In this document: positions 10,084-18,759 of the stretch, in pieces
Layout of the letters: the number at the start of each line of letters is the position of its first letter
Numbering within the stretch: position 1 is the stretch's first letter
Assembly: GCA_963666275.2 (NCBI GenBank)
Contig: CAXXOA010000002.1
Location: 1,312,001 to 1,376,000, forward strand
Length of the DNA: 64,000 nt
DNA from: Oceanispirochaeta sp.
GTDB taxonomy: Bacteria; Spirochaetota; Spirochaetia; DSM-2461
Direction of reading: 5' to 3'
The notes under the pieces: model-generated
What the model was told of the DNA's origin: nothing
Databases searched by the model: none
What the model saw: the letters and a program-made list of their open reading frames with translations, nothing else
Made by a program: the position numbers and the translations under genes

Positions 10084-11445
10084 ATGAAGTTTCTAAAGAG
10101 AATTATTCCGGCAGTATTTTCCCTGCCGCTGTTGTTTTCCTGTGCCAGTCAAGGAGATGAAAATATGGCAATAGAGAATCCCTATTCAGCAGGCATGCCC
10201 GCAGTCGAGGGGGTAACAGCTATTGTCAGGATTTTCGGGGACGGTCAGAAAGTGTCCGCTGTGGCGGTGGAATACAGTGAAGCCATTGATGGCGGATCTC
10301 TGGATCTTTCGGATTTTACTGTACCCGATCGTGAGGTCACTGCCGTGTATACCAATGACAGTGCCTCTGTGTCAGGACAGGAAACAAAGGGGAATTTCGT
10401 TATAATTGAACTGGAGACTTCCATTTCTCCTGAGAGTGCTTCCATGGGCGGCGGCCCCGCAAAGGATGACGGGGAAGGCGGTCAGGGCGGGCCTTCTGAA
10501 AATGCGGGCGAGGGGGGCGCACCGGGATTCGCCGGTCCCCAGCTGGGCCAGGTTTCAGATAAATCTGCTGATCCTGTGATTCTCAGCGCTGTTATTGTTC
10601 AATCTGGGGATATTACAGCCAAAAATGGTCTGACCGTGGCTGGTTCCGGAGCGGAAATGAAGAGCGATAACACTGTAAGCCCTGATACGGAGGATTTCCT
10701 GCAGCTTGTCTATCATGACAGCGAGTATGAAAAAGACCTTATGTACAATCTTTATGTTCCCGAAAATTATGATCCTGCTAAAGAGTATCCTCTGATCCTT
10801 TTTATGCATGATGCCGGTGTGGTCAGCAACAATCATACAGAAACCCTGACACAGGGGTTGGGAGCGGTAATCTGGGCTTCTGATGCAGACCAGGCCCGGC
10901 ATGAGAGCTTTGTTCTCGCCCCTCAGTACAATGCCATTATGGCGGATGATAATTCAGAGACTTCTGTCGATATGGATGTTACTGTCAACCTGCTGAAATC
11001 TCTCATGAAGGAATACAGCATTGATCCGGACCGGCTGTACAATACAGGGCAGTCCATGGGAGGGATGACCTCTATTGCTATGGATATTAAATATCCGGAC
11101 CTTTTTGCCGCGTCCCTGCTTGTGGCCTGTCAGTGGGATCCCGAACTGGTAGCCCCCATGGCTGATATTCCTTTGTGGATTGTGGTTTCCCAGGGAGATA
11201 ACAAAGCGAATCCCGGGCAGGATGCCATTACGGCGGTTCTTGCTGAAAACGGAGCCACCATTGCCAAAGCCACCTGGAATGCCGAGGCGGATAAAGAAAC
11301 CCTCCAGCAGAATGTGGAAGAGATGCTGAGTCAGAATGCTTCGGTGAACTACACCGTTTTTGAGGGTGGAAGTCATCGCTACACCTGGCAGTATGCTTAT
11401 TCTATCGATGGAATCAGAGACTGGCTTTTTACCCAGCAGAAGTAA
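10084..11445 (+). CDS. Lipoprotein alpha/beta hydrolase (esterase/predicted peptidase with N-terminal Ig-like domain)
   Basis: Lipobox LFSC; YPLILFMHDAG; nucleophile motif GQSMGG; C-terminal His (SHRYTW). Confidence 0.8.
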   Translation: MKFLKRIIPAVFSLPLLFSCASQGDENMAIENPYSAGMPAVEGVTAIVRIFGDGQKVSAVAVEYSEAIDGGSLDLSDFTVPDREVTAVYTNDSASVSGQETKGNFVIIELETSISPESASMGGGPAKDDGEGGQGGPSENAGEGGAPGFAGPQLGQVSDKSADPVILSAVIVQSGDITAKNGLTVAGSGAEMKSDNTVSPDTEDFLQLVYHDSEYEKDLMYNLYVPENYDPAKEYPLILFMHDAGVVSNNHTETLTQGLGAVIWASDADQARHESFVLAPQYNAIMADDNSETSVDMDVTVNLLKSLMKEYSIDPDRLYNTGQSMGGMTSIAMDIKYPDLFAASLLVACQWDPELVAPMADIPLWIVVSQGDNKANPGQDAITAVLAENGATIAKATWNAEADKETLQQNVEEMLSQNASVNYTVFEGGSHRYTWQYAYSIDGIRDWLFTQQK

Positions 11446-11517
11446 TACCCCTGAAGAGATCTGTCCCAGTATGATAGTTGGGAATTCATGGGGCAGAGTC
11501 TCTTTGTGAGGTACTTG

Positions 11518-11550
11518 ATACCCCCTTTTTGTTCAAAGGGGGTATTTTTT
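11518..11550 (+). terminator. Intrinsic terminator
   Basis: ATACCCCCTTT / AAAGGGGGTAT stem followed by a T-run, between convergent genes. Confidence 0.7.
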
Positions 11551-11613
11551 AGAGTTCTATAAACATATCCTTCCTTCATCACGCGATCTGTTCTTTGCGT
11601 TATAACCGAAGCC

Positions 11614-12093
11614 CTATATTCTGCAATCTTTATGGATTAGAACCATGACCTGCCTTGCTGCCGGCTGCGCGATAAGGGCTTCTATCAGGAACGCGATGGT
11701 CATGTTTCTGGGCCATAGATGGACGAAATGCCGTATAGGATCCCATGTGACCGATCCCGTCCCTATCCAGGTGCCAATAATCGTCAGAAAAAAGGAAATG
11801 AAGAGAACAGAGCAGAGAGTATTAATTGTCATCACCGCACTGAAGCTGTCCCCCTGTTTCACCAGTTTCGAAGTCAGCCATTCCGACGGTTTATAAGTTA
11901 TCAGAACAACCGCAATAACAGAGGGCCAGAGCAGGGGCAGTACTCTCATAACCTTGAACCAGTTCTGAATCCTGAATCCTATTTCCAGGCAGGTTATGAT
12001 CGGAGCGATCAAGCTGACTGATATGACAGAGACAACAGCCATAAACAGGGCAAACTCCCTCTTGTTGCGGGGCAGTTTATTAAAAAAATCCAT
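11614..12093 (-). CDS. DUF2798-like integral membrane protein
   Basis: Four hydrophobic segments; LPRNKREF N-terminus and WPRN..AF..E..IAQP.AR C-terminus; RBS AAGGAG. Confidence 0.6.
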   Translation of the reverse strand: MDFFNKLPRNKREFALFMAVVSVISVSLIAPIITCLEIGFRIQNWFKVMRVLPLLWPSVIAVVLITYKPSEWLTSKLVKQGDSFSAVMTINTLCSVLFISFFLTIIGTWIGTGSVTWDPIRHFVHLWPRNMTIAFLIEALIAQPAARQVMVLIHKDCRI

Positions 12094-12116
12094 TCATTAC
12101 TCCTTTTTATGAAGGC

Positions 12117-12171
12117 AAAAAAAAAGCACGGAGCTGTAAAGCCCCGTGCTGAACCATTATACGCACTGGTC
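12117..12171 (-). ncRNA. Candidate riboswitch/attenuator leader: small pseudoknot overlapping an intrinsic terminator
   Basis: RNA GACCA-GUGCGUAUAA-UGGUU-C-AGCACGGGGC-UUUACA-GCUCCGUGC followed by a 9-U tract, lying between a promoter and the RBS of 11614-12093. Confidence 0.6.
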
Positions 12172-12177
12172 ATGTTC

Positions 12178-12206
12178 AATGTATGAAAATCGGTGAAAAT
12201 AGTCAA
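12178..12206 (-). promoter_or_regulatory. Sigma70-type promoter
   Basis: TTGACT-N17-TACATT on the minus strand, directly upstream of the leader. Confidence 0.6.
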
Positions 12207-12247
12207 GGACATGGAAATCCCTTCCATTTACAAAAGAGGAGAAATCC

Positions 12248-12266
12248 ATTCACATTTTATTCATGG
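12248..12266 (+). promoter_or_regulatory. Putative response regulator box (copy 3)
   Basis: ATTCACATTTTATTCATGG: TTCACA/TTCATG 11 bp apart; CCATTCACATT is shared with copy 1. Confidence 0.45.
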
Positions 12267-12350
12267 TCTCAATCTATCCTGTAAATCAATAAAAGATTAA
12301 CACCCTTTTGAAAGAGAACTTCCAAAGGGGAAAAAACAGGAATATGGAAA

Positions 12351-13487
12351 ATGAAAAGAAAAACAGGACTCATCACTACTTTATTGCTGTTCACTATGGG
12401 ATTGACCAATTGCCTGGTTCAGACAGCCAGCGCAGCAGAAACTCCTCTGTTGGACGGGAACGAATTGTTTACAAAACGGGATCTGCAACAGACTGCTGAT
12501 CTGAATGGCGCGGTAAGCCTGACTATGACCAGCGGGAGAGACTCGGTTGTGACAAAAGAAGGCGTCTATCTTCTGAGCGGAACTTATATAAACACGACAC
12601 TTACCATAGATGTGGGAGATGAAGCAAAAGTCCAGCTTGTTCTTGACGGCTTCAACATCACCAACAGGGACAGCCCTGCTATCTATGTCAAATCCGCTGA
12701 CAAGGTTTTCATCTCCACGGAGAACAGGAAGAGTTCTCTCCAGGTTACGGGAAATTACTTATCCGACGGGGAAACCCATCTGGATGCGGTCATTTTTTCA
12801 CGGGATGACCTGACCTTTAACGGAACGGGTTCACTTGAAATCATTTCCGTTCAGGGAAACGGTATTTCTACTAAAGACGACCTGAAAATTACAGGCGGCG
12901 CTCTTTCCATCACATCAAAGAAAGACGGTCTGGAAGCAAACGATTCCATCAGGATTAACGGCGGAAACATTACCGTGACATCCGGAAAGGATGCCCTTCA
13001 CAGTGAGAATGATGACGATTCCTCCCTGGGCTACATTTATATAAACGGAGGCACCCTGAATATATCTGCAGCCGATGACGGTGTGCAGGGAACGACCATT
13101 GTTCAGATAGACGGCGGGGATCTTACAGTAGCGAAATGCCAGGAAGGCATTGAAGCCACCCATATACAGATTAATGGAGGCAATATCACTATCAGCGCTC
13201 AGGATGACGGGATCAATGCCGCGGCCAAAAGTCCAATGGAAGTGGTTCTGGAAGTGAACGGGGGGGACATAAATATTACCATGGCCACAGGTGATACGGA
13301 TGCCTTCGATTCCAATGGAGACCTGTATATCAGAGGGGGGAATATCGATGTCACAGCCCGGTCCGCCTTTGATGCGGACAAAACCGCCCAGATGACCGGG
13401 GGCAATGTCACGGTGAACGGTGCTGTAGTTACCCAGCTTACGACCCAGGGCTTCGGCGGCCACGGTGGCGGCGGCAGGAGGCACTAG
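12351..13487 (+). CDS. Carbohydrate-binding beta-helix protein (Cthe_2159/DUF4353 family)
   Basis: Signal peptide; VQLVLDG, repeated I.I.GG.I.I.A.DDG turns, DAFDSNG. Confidence 0.82.
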   Translation: MKRKTGLITTLLLFTMGLTNCLVQTASAAETPLLDGNELFTKRDLQQTADLNGAVSLTMTSGRDSVVTKEGVYLLSGTYINTTLTIDVGDEAKVQLVLDGFNITNRDSPAIYVKSADKVFISTENRKSSLQVTGNYLSDGETHLDAVIFSRDDLTFNGTGSLEIISVQGNGISTKDDLKITGGALSITSKKDGLEANDSIRINGGNITVTSGKDALHSENDDDSSLGYIYINGGTLNISAADDGVQGTTIVQIDGGDLTVAKCQEGIEATHIQINGGNITISAQDDGINAAAKSPMEVVLEVNGGDINITMATGDTDAFDSNGDLYIRGGNIDVTARSAFDADKTAQMTGGNVTVNGAVVTQLTTQGFGGHGGGGRRH

Positions 13488-14198
13488 ATGGGAAAGGATA
13501 TCTGCCTGTTTGAAAGGAAAGAACTGAAATATCTGATCAGCCGGAGTCAGTGGGATAATCTGCTTCCTTCCATAGGCAGATATATCCAGAGAGATAACTA
13601 TCACAAATATACCATCTGCAATGTCTATATGGACTCTCCCGATTACCGGTTTATCCGGAAGAGTCTGGAGAGACCGGTCTACAAAGAAAAACTCCGCCTG
13701 AGAAGCTACGGACAGATAGGAATGCAGGAAGGGGTCTTTCTGGAGCTGAAGAAGAAATATAAGGGCATTGTTTACAAACGAAGAACCAGAATGTCCCATG
13801 AGGATGCTCTGAAATTTCTTTCGGGAGAGGGCAAAGCAAACGGCCAGATAGAGAGGGAAATCCTGTATTTTCTCAATCAGAACAAAGGCATCGCTCCGGC
13901 CATGTATATTTCCTATGAAAGAGAAGCCTGGCGGGGAAGGGCCGACGGGGATTTGCGCATAACCCTGGACCGAAATATTCTCTGGCGTGAAGATAATCCG
14001 AATCTCTCCTCCAGACCTTCGGGAAACAGTCTTCTGCATGAGGATGAACGGCTTATGGAAATCAAATGCGTCGGTTCGATGCCTTTATGGTTGACGGACG
14101 CTCTCTCCCGAAATCGGATTTACAAGACCTCCTTTTCCAAATTTGGAAAAGCCTACGGTCGACGGCTCAGCGCTGATAAGGCCAAAAGAGCCTGCTGA
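13488..14198 (+). CDS. VTC (polyphosphate polymerase) domain protein
   Basis: FERKELKY, YKEKLRLRSY, FLELKKK, YKRR, DLRITLD, LMEIK, FSKF. Confidence 0.88.
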   Translation: MGKDICLFERKELKYLISRSQWDNLLPSIGRYIQRDNYHKYTICNVYMDSPDYRFIRKSLERPVYKEKLRLRSYGQIGMQEGVFLELKKKYKGIVYKRRTRMSHEDALKFLSGEGKANGQIEREILYFLNQNKGIAPAMYISYEREAWRGRADGDLRITLDRNILWREDNPNLSSRPSGNSLLHEDERLMEIKCVGSMPLWLTDALSRNRIYKTSFSKFGKAYGRRLSADKAKRAC

Positions 14199-14220
14199 AA
14201 AAATTAAAAAGGAATACAGA

Positions 14221-14913
14221 ATGAATTCATTAACAGAAATGCTGTCAGAATCGAATCAGGCGGCCCTGGTATCCTTCGGGGCTTATGGGGTCAATCTTAT
14301 TACAGCCCTTCTTCTTGGGACCGTGTTTTCCCTGATTATTCAATGGAAGAGCAAGGTTTCCAAGTCCTTCGCACTGACTATCGCCATGCTGCCTCCCGTG
14401 GTCTGCGCCATATTCATGATGGTCAACGGCTCTCTGGGGGCGGGAGTCGCCGTCGTGGGCGCCTTCTCTCTTGTGCGATTCCGCTCCGTCCCCGGCACAG
14501 GCCGTGAAATAATGGCTCTCTTTATAGCCATGGCCCTGGGGCTTACATGTGGAACGGGAAATCTGATTTATGCTCTGATTTTCGCTTTGATCATTATAGG
14601 GGGACTGCTTGTCCTTGAGAAACTGAAATTCGGTGAGATTTTCAGTACGAACGGAGAGAGAACGCTCACCATTACGATCCCGGAAGATCTGAACTATAGT
14701 CATGTGTTTGATGACCTTTTTACACAGTATACGGAAAAATCGCGTCTGATCGGAGTGAAAACGACGAATATGGGAAGTCTCTTCAAACTCAGCTACCACA
14801 TTGAATTGAAAAATCCCTCTCTGGAAAAAGAGTTCCTGGATGACCTGAGAGTACGGAACGGAAATCTGGAAATCAGCAGTACCATTACGGCAACAGGAAG
14901 CGGGGAGCTTTGA
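14221..14913 (+). CDS. DUF4956 family membrane protein
   Basis: GAGVAVVGAFSLVRFRSVPG, ITIPEDLNY, LRVRNGNLEI. Start set at ATG 14221. Confidence 0.85.
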   Translation: MNSLTEMLSESNQAALVSFGAYGVNLITALLLGTVFSLIIQWKSKVSKSFALTIAMLPPVVCAIFMMVNGSLGAGVAVVGAFSLVRFRSVPGTGREIMALFIAMALGLTCGTGNLIYALIFALIIIGGLLVLEKLKFGEIFSTNGERTLTITIPEDLNYSHVFDDLFTQYTEKSRLIGVKTTNMGSLFKLSYHIELKNPSLEKEFLDDLRVRNGNLEISSTITATGSGEL

Positions 14914-15206
14914 TCAGAGTTTATTATACAGGGTTTCTATAGAAGGAGATGAAAATAGAGGGGAATCCAAAGGTTGGAGTTTCAGATACGTCAGGTTCTA
15001 TAAGAGTAGAAGATTTCATGAGGCTCCGGACAATCGCACTCGGGAGTAAATGTAACAGTCATTCCAGGTGAAAAAAGATATATCAGCTTAGCAGGAGTTC
15101 TCCTTAAGTATCACAATTGACTGTCTTCCAACTGGGGCTCATCATAGGACGCGGGAAAAAAGGAAAGATTGAGGTTTTGTGCTTTGGTGCTGAATCTCTG
15201 TATGCG

Positions 15207-16778
15207 TCAAATAAACACAGGCCCTTTATCAGCCGTAATGTTATCTTTTAAATTCCATGGTAATAATTCTTCCCATTCTTGTTCATTATTGATGAACGGA
15301 GCTTTAGAGAAAACATAATGCAGATAATCAAAGGGATTCAAGTTATTTTGTTTTGCAGTCTCAATCAGAGAATACATCCCGCAGGAACTGTCTGCCCCTT
15401 TGGGATTCCCGGAAAATAGCCAGTTTTTCCTCCCCAGAACAAAAGGACGAATAGCATTTTCACTGCCATTATTATCCGGAGTCAGATAAGGACTTTCCAG
15501 ATATCGGATCAAATAATCCCATTGATTCAATGCATAATGAACAGCCTTACCTAAAGCACTTTCAGGTAAAACATTTTCAGCCCTTTTATCCAACCATTGT
15601 TTAAATTTTTCAAGAATGGGTTCGGCCTTGCTTTTCCGTTGTTCCTGGAACTCTTCAGGAGATAATTTCTTACTCCTTAGATCATTTTCCAAGGCATAGA
15701 GCTTCTTGATATGCTTGATTCCTTCCAGAGCACTTTTAGATTTTTTACTGGCTTTATCAGCCTCAAAGAACTTCCTTCTGGCATGTGCAAAGCAGCCTAC
15801 CAGATGTATATCGGGATTGCCTTCTACCGCGGTTTTGTATCCTTGATATCCATCGGTTTGCAGATACCCTTTAAAACTAGTGAGAAAATTCTTTGCATAT
15901 TCCGATGCCCGTGTTGGATGGTACTCATAATAAACAGCTTGTTGTCCCGGAGGACCGCCTCTGGACAGCCACATATAGGATTTCTGTTTGTTATCCCGAC
16001 CTGGTTCATTCAGAACCTGTACGGTTGTTTCATCCATTTGGATCACCGGACCGGATTTTATGTGGGTTTTCAGCAGTTCAAAGAGAGGGAGAAGAGCTTC
16101 ATAAGCCTTTTTCTGCCAATTACTCATATTCTGACGGCTGATTCGGGCTCCCATACGCTCAAACCGCTTTTCCTGTCGGTAAAAAGGAAGATGGTCCACG
16201 TACTTGTTTACCATCAGAAATGCCAACAGACCGGGAGTGACAATCCCTTTGGGGATAATGGTAGGCTCCGGAGGGGCAATCTTTACAGCAGGAACATCTT
16301 CATCGGCGGTTCCTTCGCAATTACCACAGGCATATTTTAACCGGACAATCCGTTCTACCCAGATACGGGGAGGGATCACATGCAGTTTCTCAGAGATTTC
16401 TTCTCCGATTTTTTTCAGTTCTGTTCCGCAGGCACAGTTTTTTTCATCTTCAGGAATATCAATAATCCGTTCTTTGCGGGGAAGGTTCTCATCCAGAGGC
16501 TTTCTGCCTGTTTTCTTACGCTTGTAAGAATCTATTTGCTGTTCTTCCGAACAGTCTTCCTCAGGAGTCTGTGGTTCATCAGAATCAAATAATTCAATCT
16601 GATCAGGGATATTTTCTGCTCTTCGACCGAATTGACGATGCAATGCCAAGGCCAACTTCTCTTCAAGAAGCTGATATTTCTTTTCCCAGTTCTGATTCTG
16701 GGCTTCTGATTCAGCAAGTTGCTTTTTCAGAGATAAAAATTCTTTTTGTGCTTCCAACGGAAGAGAGGAAATATCCAT
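15207..16778 (-). CDS. tnpC: IS66 DDE transposase TnpC
   Basis: Leucine zipper, zinc finger (CACG...CGNC), KYVDHLPFYRQ, MDET, LQTDGY, CFAHARRKF, DNNGSENAIR, GRKNWLF. Confidence 0.95.
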   Translation of the reverse strand: MDISSLPLEAQKEFLSLKKQLAESEAQNQNWEKKYQLLEEKLALALHRQFGRRAENIPDQIELFDSDEPQTPEEDCSEEQQIDSYKRKKTGRKPLDENLPRKERIIDIPEDEKNCACGTELKKIGEEISEKLHVIPPRIWVERIVRLKYACGNCEGTADEDVPAVKIAPPEPTIIPKGIVTPGLLAFLMVNKYVDHLPFYRQEKRFERMGARISRQNMSNWQKKAYEALLPLFELLKTHIKSGPVIQMDETTVQVLNEPGRDNKQKSYMWLSRGGPPGQQAVYYEYHPTRASEYAKNFLTSFKGYLQTDGYQGYKTAVEGNPDIHLVGCFAHARRKFFEADKASKKSKSALEGIKHIKKLYALENDLRSKKLSPEEFQEQRKSKAEPILEKFKQWLDKRAENVLPESALGKAVHYALNQWDYLIRYLESPYLTPDNNGSENAIRPFVLGRKNWLFSGNPKGADSSCGMYSLIETAKQNNLNPFDYLHYVFSKAPFINNEQEWEELLPWNLKDNITADKGPVFI

Positions 16779-16819
16779 AAGAGAATTTTAACAAAGACTG
16801 GAATTTGAGTAAATTCCTT

Positions 16820-17167
16820 TCAGGCAATTTCTGAATATTTCAATGTTTCGTGGGCTTTCCAGAAGTCTATACCCTTCAGAAGCATAGAGAGTTCTTCAAA
16901 GCTGATGGCTTTAGCAGCTTCTTCCGTATCTGGCCAGGGGAAGCGGTGCTTCTCCAGACGCTTCTGCCAGAGGCAGAAGCCTGTCTGATCCCAGTAAAGG
17001 GCTTTCAGAATCCGTCTCTGTTTATTACAGAACATAAAAAGAGAGCCGCAAAAAGGATCAAGAGACATTTCATCCTGAACTTCTACCGCCAAACCATTAA
17101 TAGCTTTCCGCATATCGGTAACACCGGGTCGGATAAATATCTTGATTTGAGAGAAATCCTTAATCAT
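16820..17167 (-). CDS. tnpB: IS66 accessory protein TnpB
   Basis: TDMRKAINGL, LYWDQTGFCLWQKRLE. Confidence 0.95.
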   Translation of the reverse strand: MIKDFSQIKIFIRPGVTDMRKAINGLAVEVQDEMSLDPFCGSLFMFCNKQRRILKALYWDQTGFCLWQKRLEKHRFPWPDTEEAAKAISFEELSMLLKGIDFWKAHETLKYSEIA

Positions 17168-17462
17168 TGCACTGTTCCAAGGTCTGAAGCAGTTTTTTCA
17201 ATGTGATTGTATCAAAGTTCCGATCCAGTTTTATCCGGTAGCCATTCCATTGTAACTCAATGGATGAGCCTTTGACTGTTTCCTTGGGCAATTTAACAGG
17301 AACTTCAACCAAGGATGGAGTTTTACGGTCATACCGCTTTTGCCATCCGTGGAAAGTCGTTGTTTTCAGTTTTTTATCCCGGCAGAACTGACTTACAGAT
17401 TTTCCGGACTGTTTCCACTCTGCCAAAAGAGCGTAGCGCTGATCCATTGTGTATTGTTTCAT
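17160..17462 (-). CDS. tnpA: IS66 accessory protein TnpA (HTH)
   Basis: WKQSGKSVSQFCR...TFHGW; first ORF of the element. Confidence 0.88.
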   Translation of the reverse strand: MKQYTMDQRYALLAEWKQSGKSVSQFCRDKKLKTTTFHGWQKRYDRKTPSLVEVPVKLPKETVKGSSIELQWNGYRIKLDRNFDTITLKKLLQTLEQCND

Positions 17463-17533
17463 AGTAATTCTCCTGATGGAGATTGTACCGGGATGACTGG
17501 GAGATTTTTAGATGCGGTTTATTTGACGCTTAC

Positions 17534-17690
17534 TTTCCTTTGAAGAGAATTGTTTGGAGTTTCTTAGCAGCGCTAGATATTGATGGGAAAGTTCTCTCCG
17601 ATCAGCGGCATCTCGTGATAAGTGCATACAACTCATTCCAAGTTTTAAATTAATTAAGAATTCTCCCACAGAAAGTACCCTAGAAATCAT
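17534..17690 (-). pseudogene. 5' fragment of an unknown gene cut by IS66
   Basis: ATG lies immediately after the stop of 17692-18252, and the frame is open up to the IS end. Confidence 0.4.
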
Positions 17691-17691
17691 T

Positions 17692-18252
17692 TTATAGTTG
17701 CTGCTCAATGTTCCATCTTCTTCCGGAACCCTTTACTAACCGAATATCCTCAGCGGTGTAAAGAATTGAAGAACCAAAACCATCCAAGAGTAACTTAACT
17801 GATGATAAGTGTTTTCTTGGAATCAAAGTGAAGATTAGAATTACATCACCATCACGTCCAGATCCATTGATCTCAGTAACTCCAAAACCATTACATCTTA
17901 GTATGTTCCCAACCTCTTTGTTGTTATCAGAAATAATGATTCTGACGAGTACATCACCTAATGAGAGTCTTTTCTCTAAAGAAATACCCAAGATTGTACC
18001 TGCAGAAAACCCCCCAGCATAAGCAATAATGTTAATAAAACTAGACATGTTATTCATAACTTGCTGAATAATCAATAACCAAAGTATACTCTCAAAAAAA
18101 CCCACTAGAGAAGAAAGTCTTTGATACCCACGGGATGCGAAAAGTATACGTAGTGTTGCTAGTGTTACATCTACGGCTCTTGCCAAAAAAATTAATAGTG
18201 CAATTGCAGAAACTTGAAGTAGTTCTAGATCACTGACATTTAAGATATTCAT
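17692..18252 (-). CDS. UPF0316 / DUF2179 family membrane protein
   Basis: IFLARAVDVTLATLR, GFFE, YAGGFSAG, GFGVTEING.GRDG. Confidence 0.85.
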   Translation of the reverse strand: MNILNVSDLELLQVSAIALLIFLARAVDVTLATLRILFASRGYQRLSSLVGFFESILWLLIIQQVMNNMSSFINIIAYAGGFSAGTILGISLEKRLSLGDVLVRIIISDNNKEVGNILRCNGFGVTEINGSGRDGDVILIFTLIPRKHLSSVKLLLDGFGSSILYTAEDIRLVKGSGRRWNIEQQL

Positions 18253-18270
18253 TTTTCACCTACATCAAGA

Positions 18271-18726
18271 TCAAGATACATAATCACCTTGTGATTCTGG
18301 TTGATATACCATACTAATAATTTTAACTTGAATTTCTCCTCCTGGGGCATTATAGGAAATCACTTTACCAACTTCATGTCCCAGAATGGCTGCACCCAAT
18401 GGAGTCAACAATGATATATTTCCATCTTTCCCACTTGAATCTTGGGGAAATACTATTTTTACAACTGAAAATTCATGCGTTAACATATTTTCTATACGAA
18501 TCTCACTATTAATTGTAACAACGTTATTTGGTATAGATTCAGGCTCACAGAAAGTAGCAGTATCCAAATCTTCTTTTAATTTTAATAAGGTCGCAAATTT
18601 TTCTTTACCTCCCATTGTTGCTAAAGAAAGAAAACCTCGGATTCGTTCGATATCATGTACATTTAATATTCTAATATTCTTTTCCATTCGAAATATTCTA
18701 ATGTTCATTTTTTTTCTATTCAACAT
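18271..18726 (-). CDS. rnk: Rnk-like GreA/GreB-family protein (true start may be downstream)
   Basis: IPNNVVTINS, ISLLTPLGAAILG, YQPE; lacks the long Gre coiled coil. Confidence 0.75.
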   Translation of the reverse strand: MLNRKKMNIRIFRMEKNIRILNVHDIERIRGFLSLATMGGKEKFATLLKLKEDLDTATFCEPESIPNNVVTINSEIRIENMLTHEFSVVKIVFPQDSSGKDGNISLLTPLGAAILGHEVGKVISYNAPGGEIQVKIISMVYQPESQGDYVS

Positions 18727-18759
18727 GAATAAATTGTCTATATTCTGTCTAATGATTGT

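Larger units (their letters stand above)
15200..17533 (-). mobile_element. IS66-family insertion sequence
   Basis: Terminal inverted repeats GTATGCGTCAAATAAAC / GTAAGCGTCAAATAAAC enclose tnpA-tnpB-tnpC. No 8-bp target duplication (GAATCTCT vs TTTCCTTT). Confidence 0.95.

Noticed and set aside
12009..12227. 72-aa minus-strand ORF as a leader peptide
   Set aside because: It starts upstream of the predicted promoter, runs through the terminator and has no regulatory codon cluster.
15121..15144. CTGTCTTCCAACTGGGGCTCATCA resembling an IS3-like end
   Set aside because: No partner repeat and no convincing transposase remnant.
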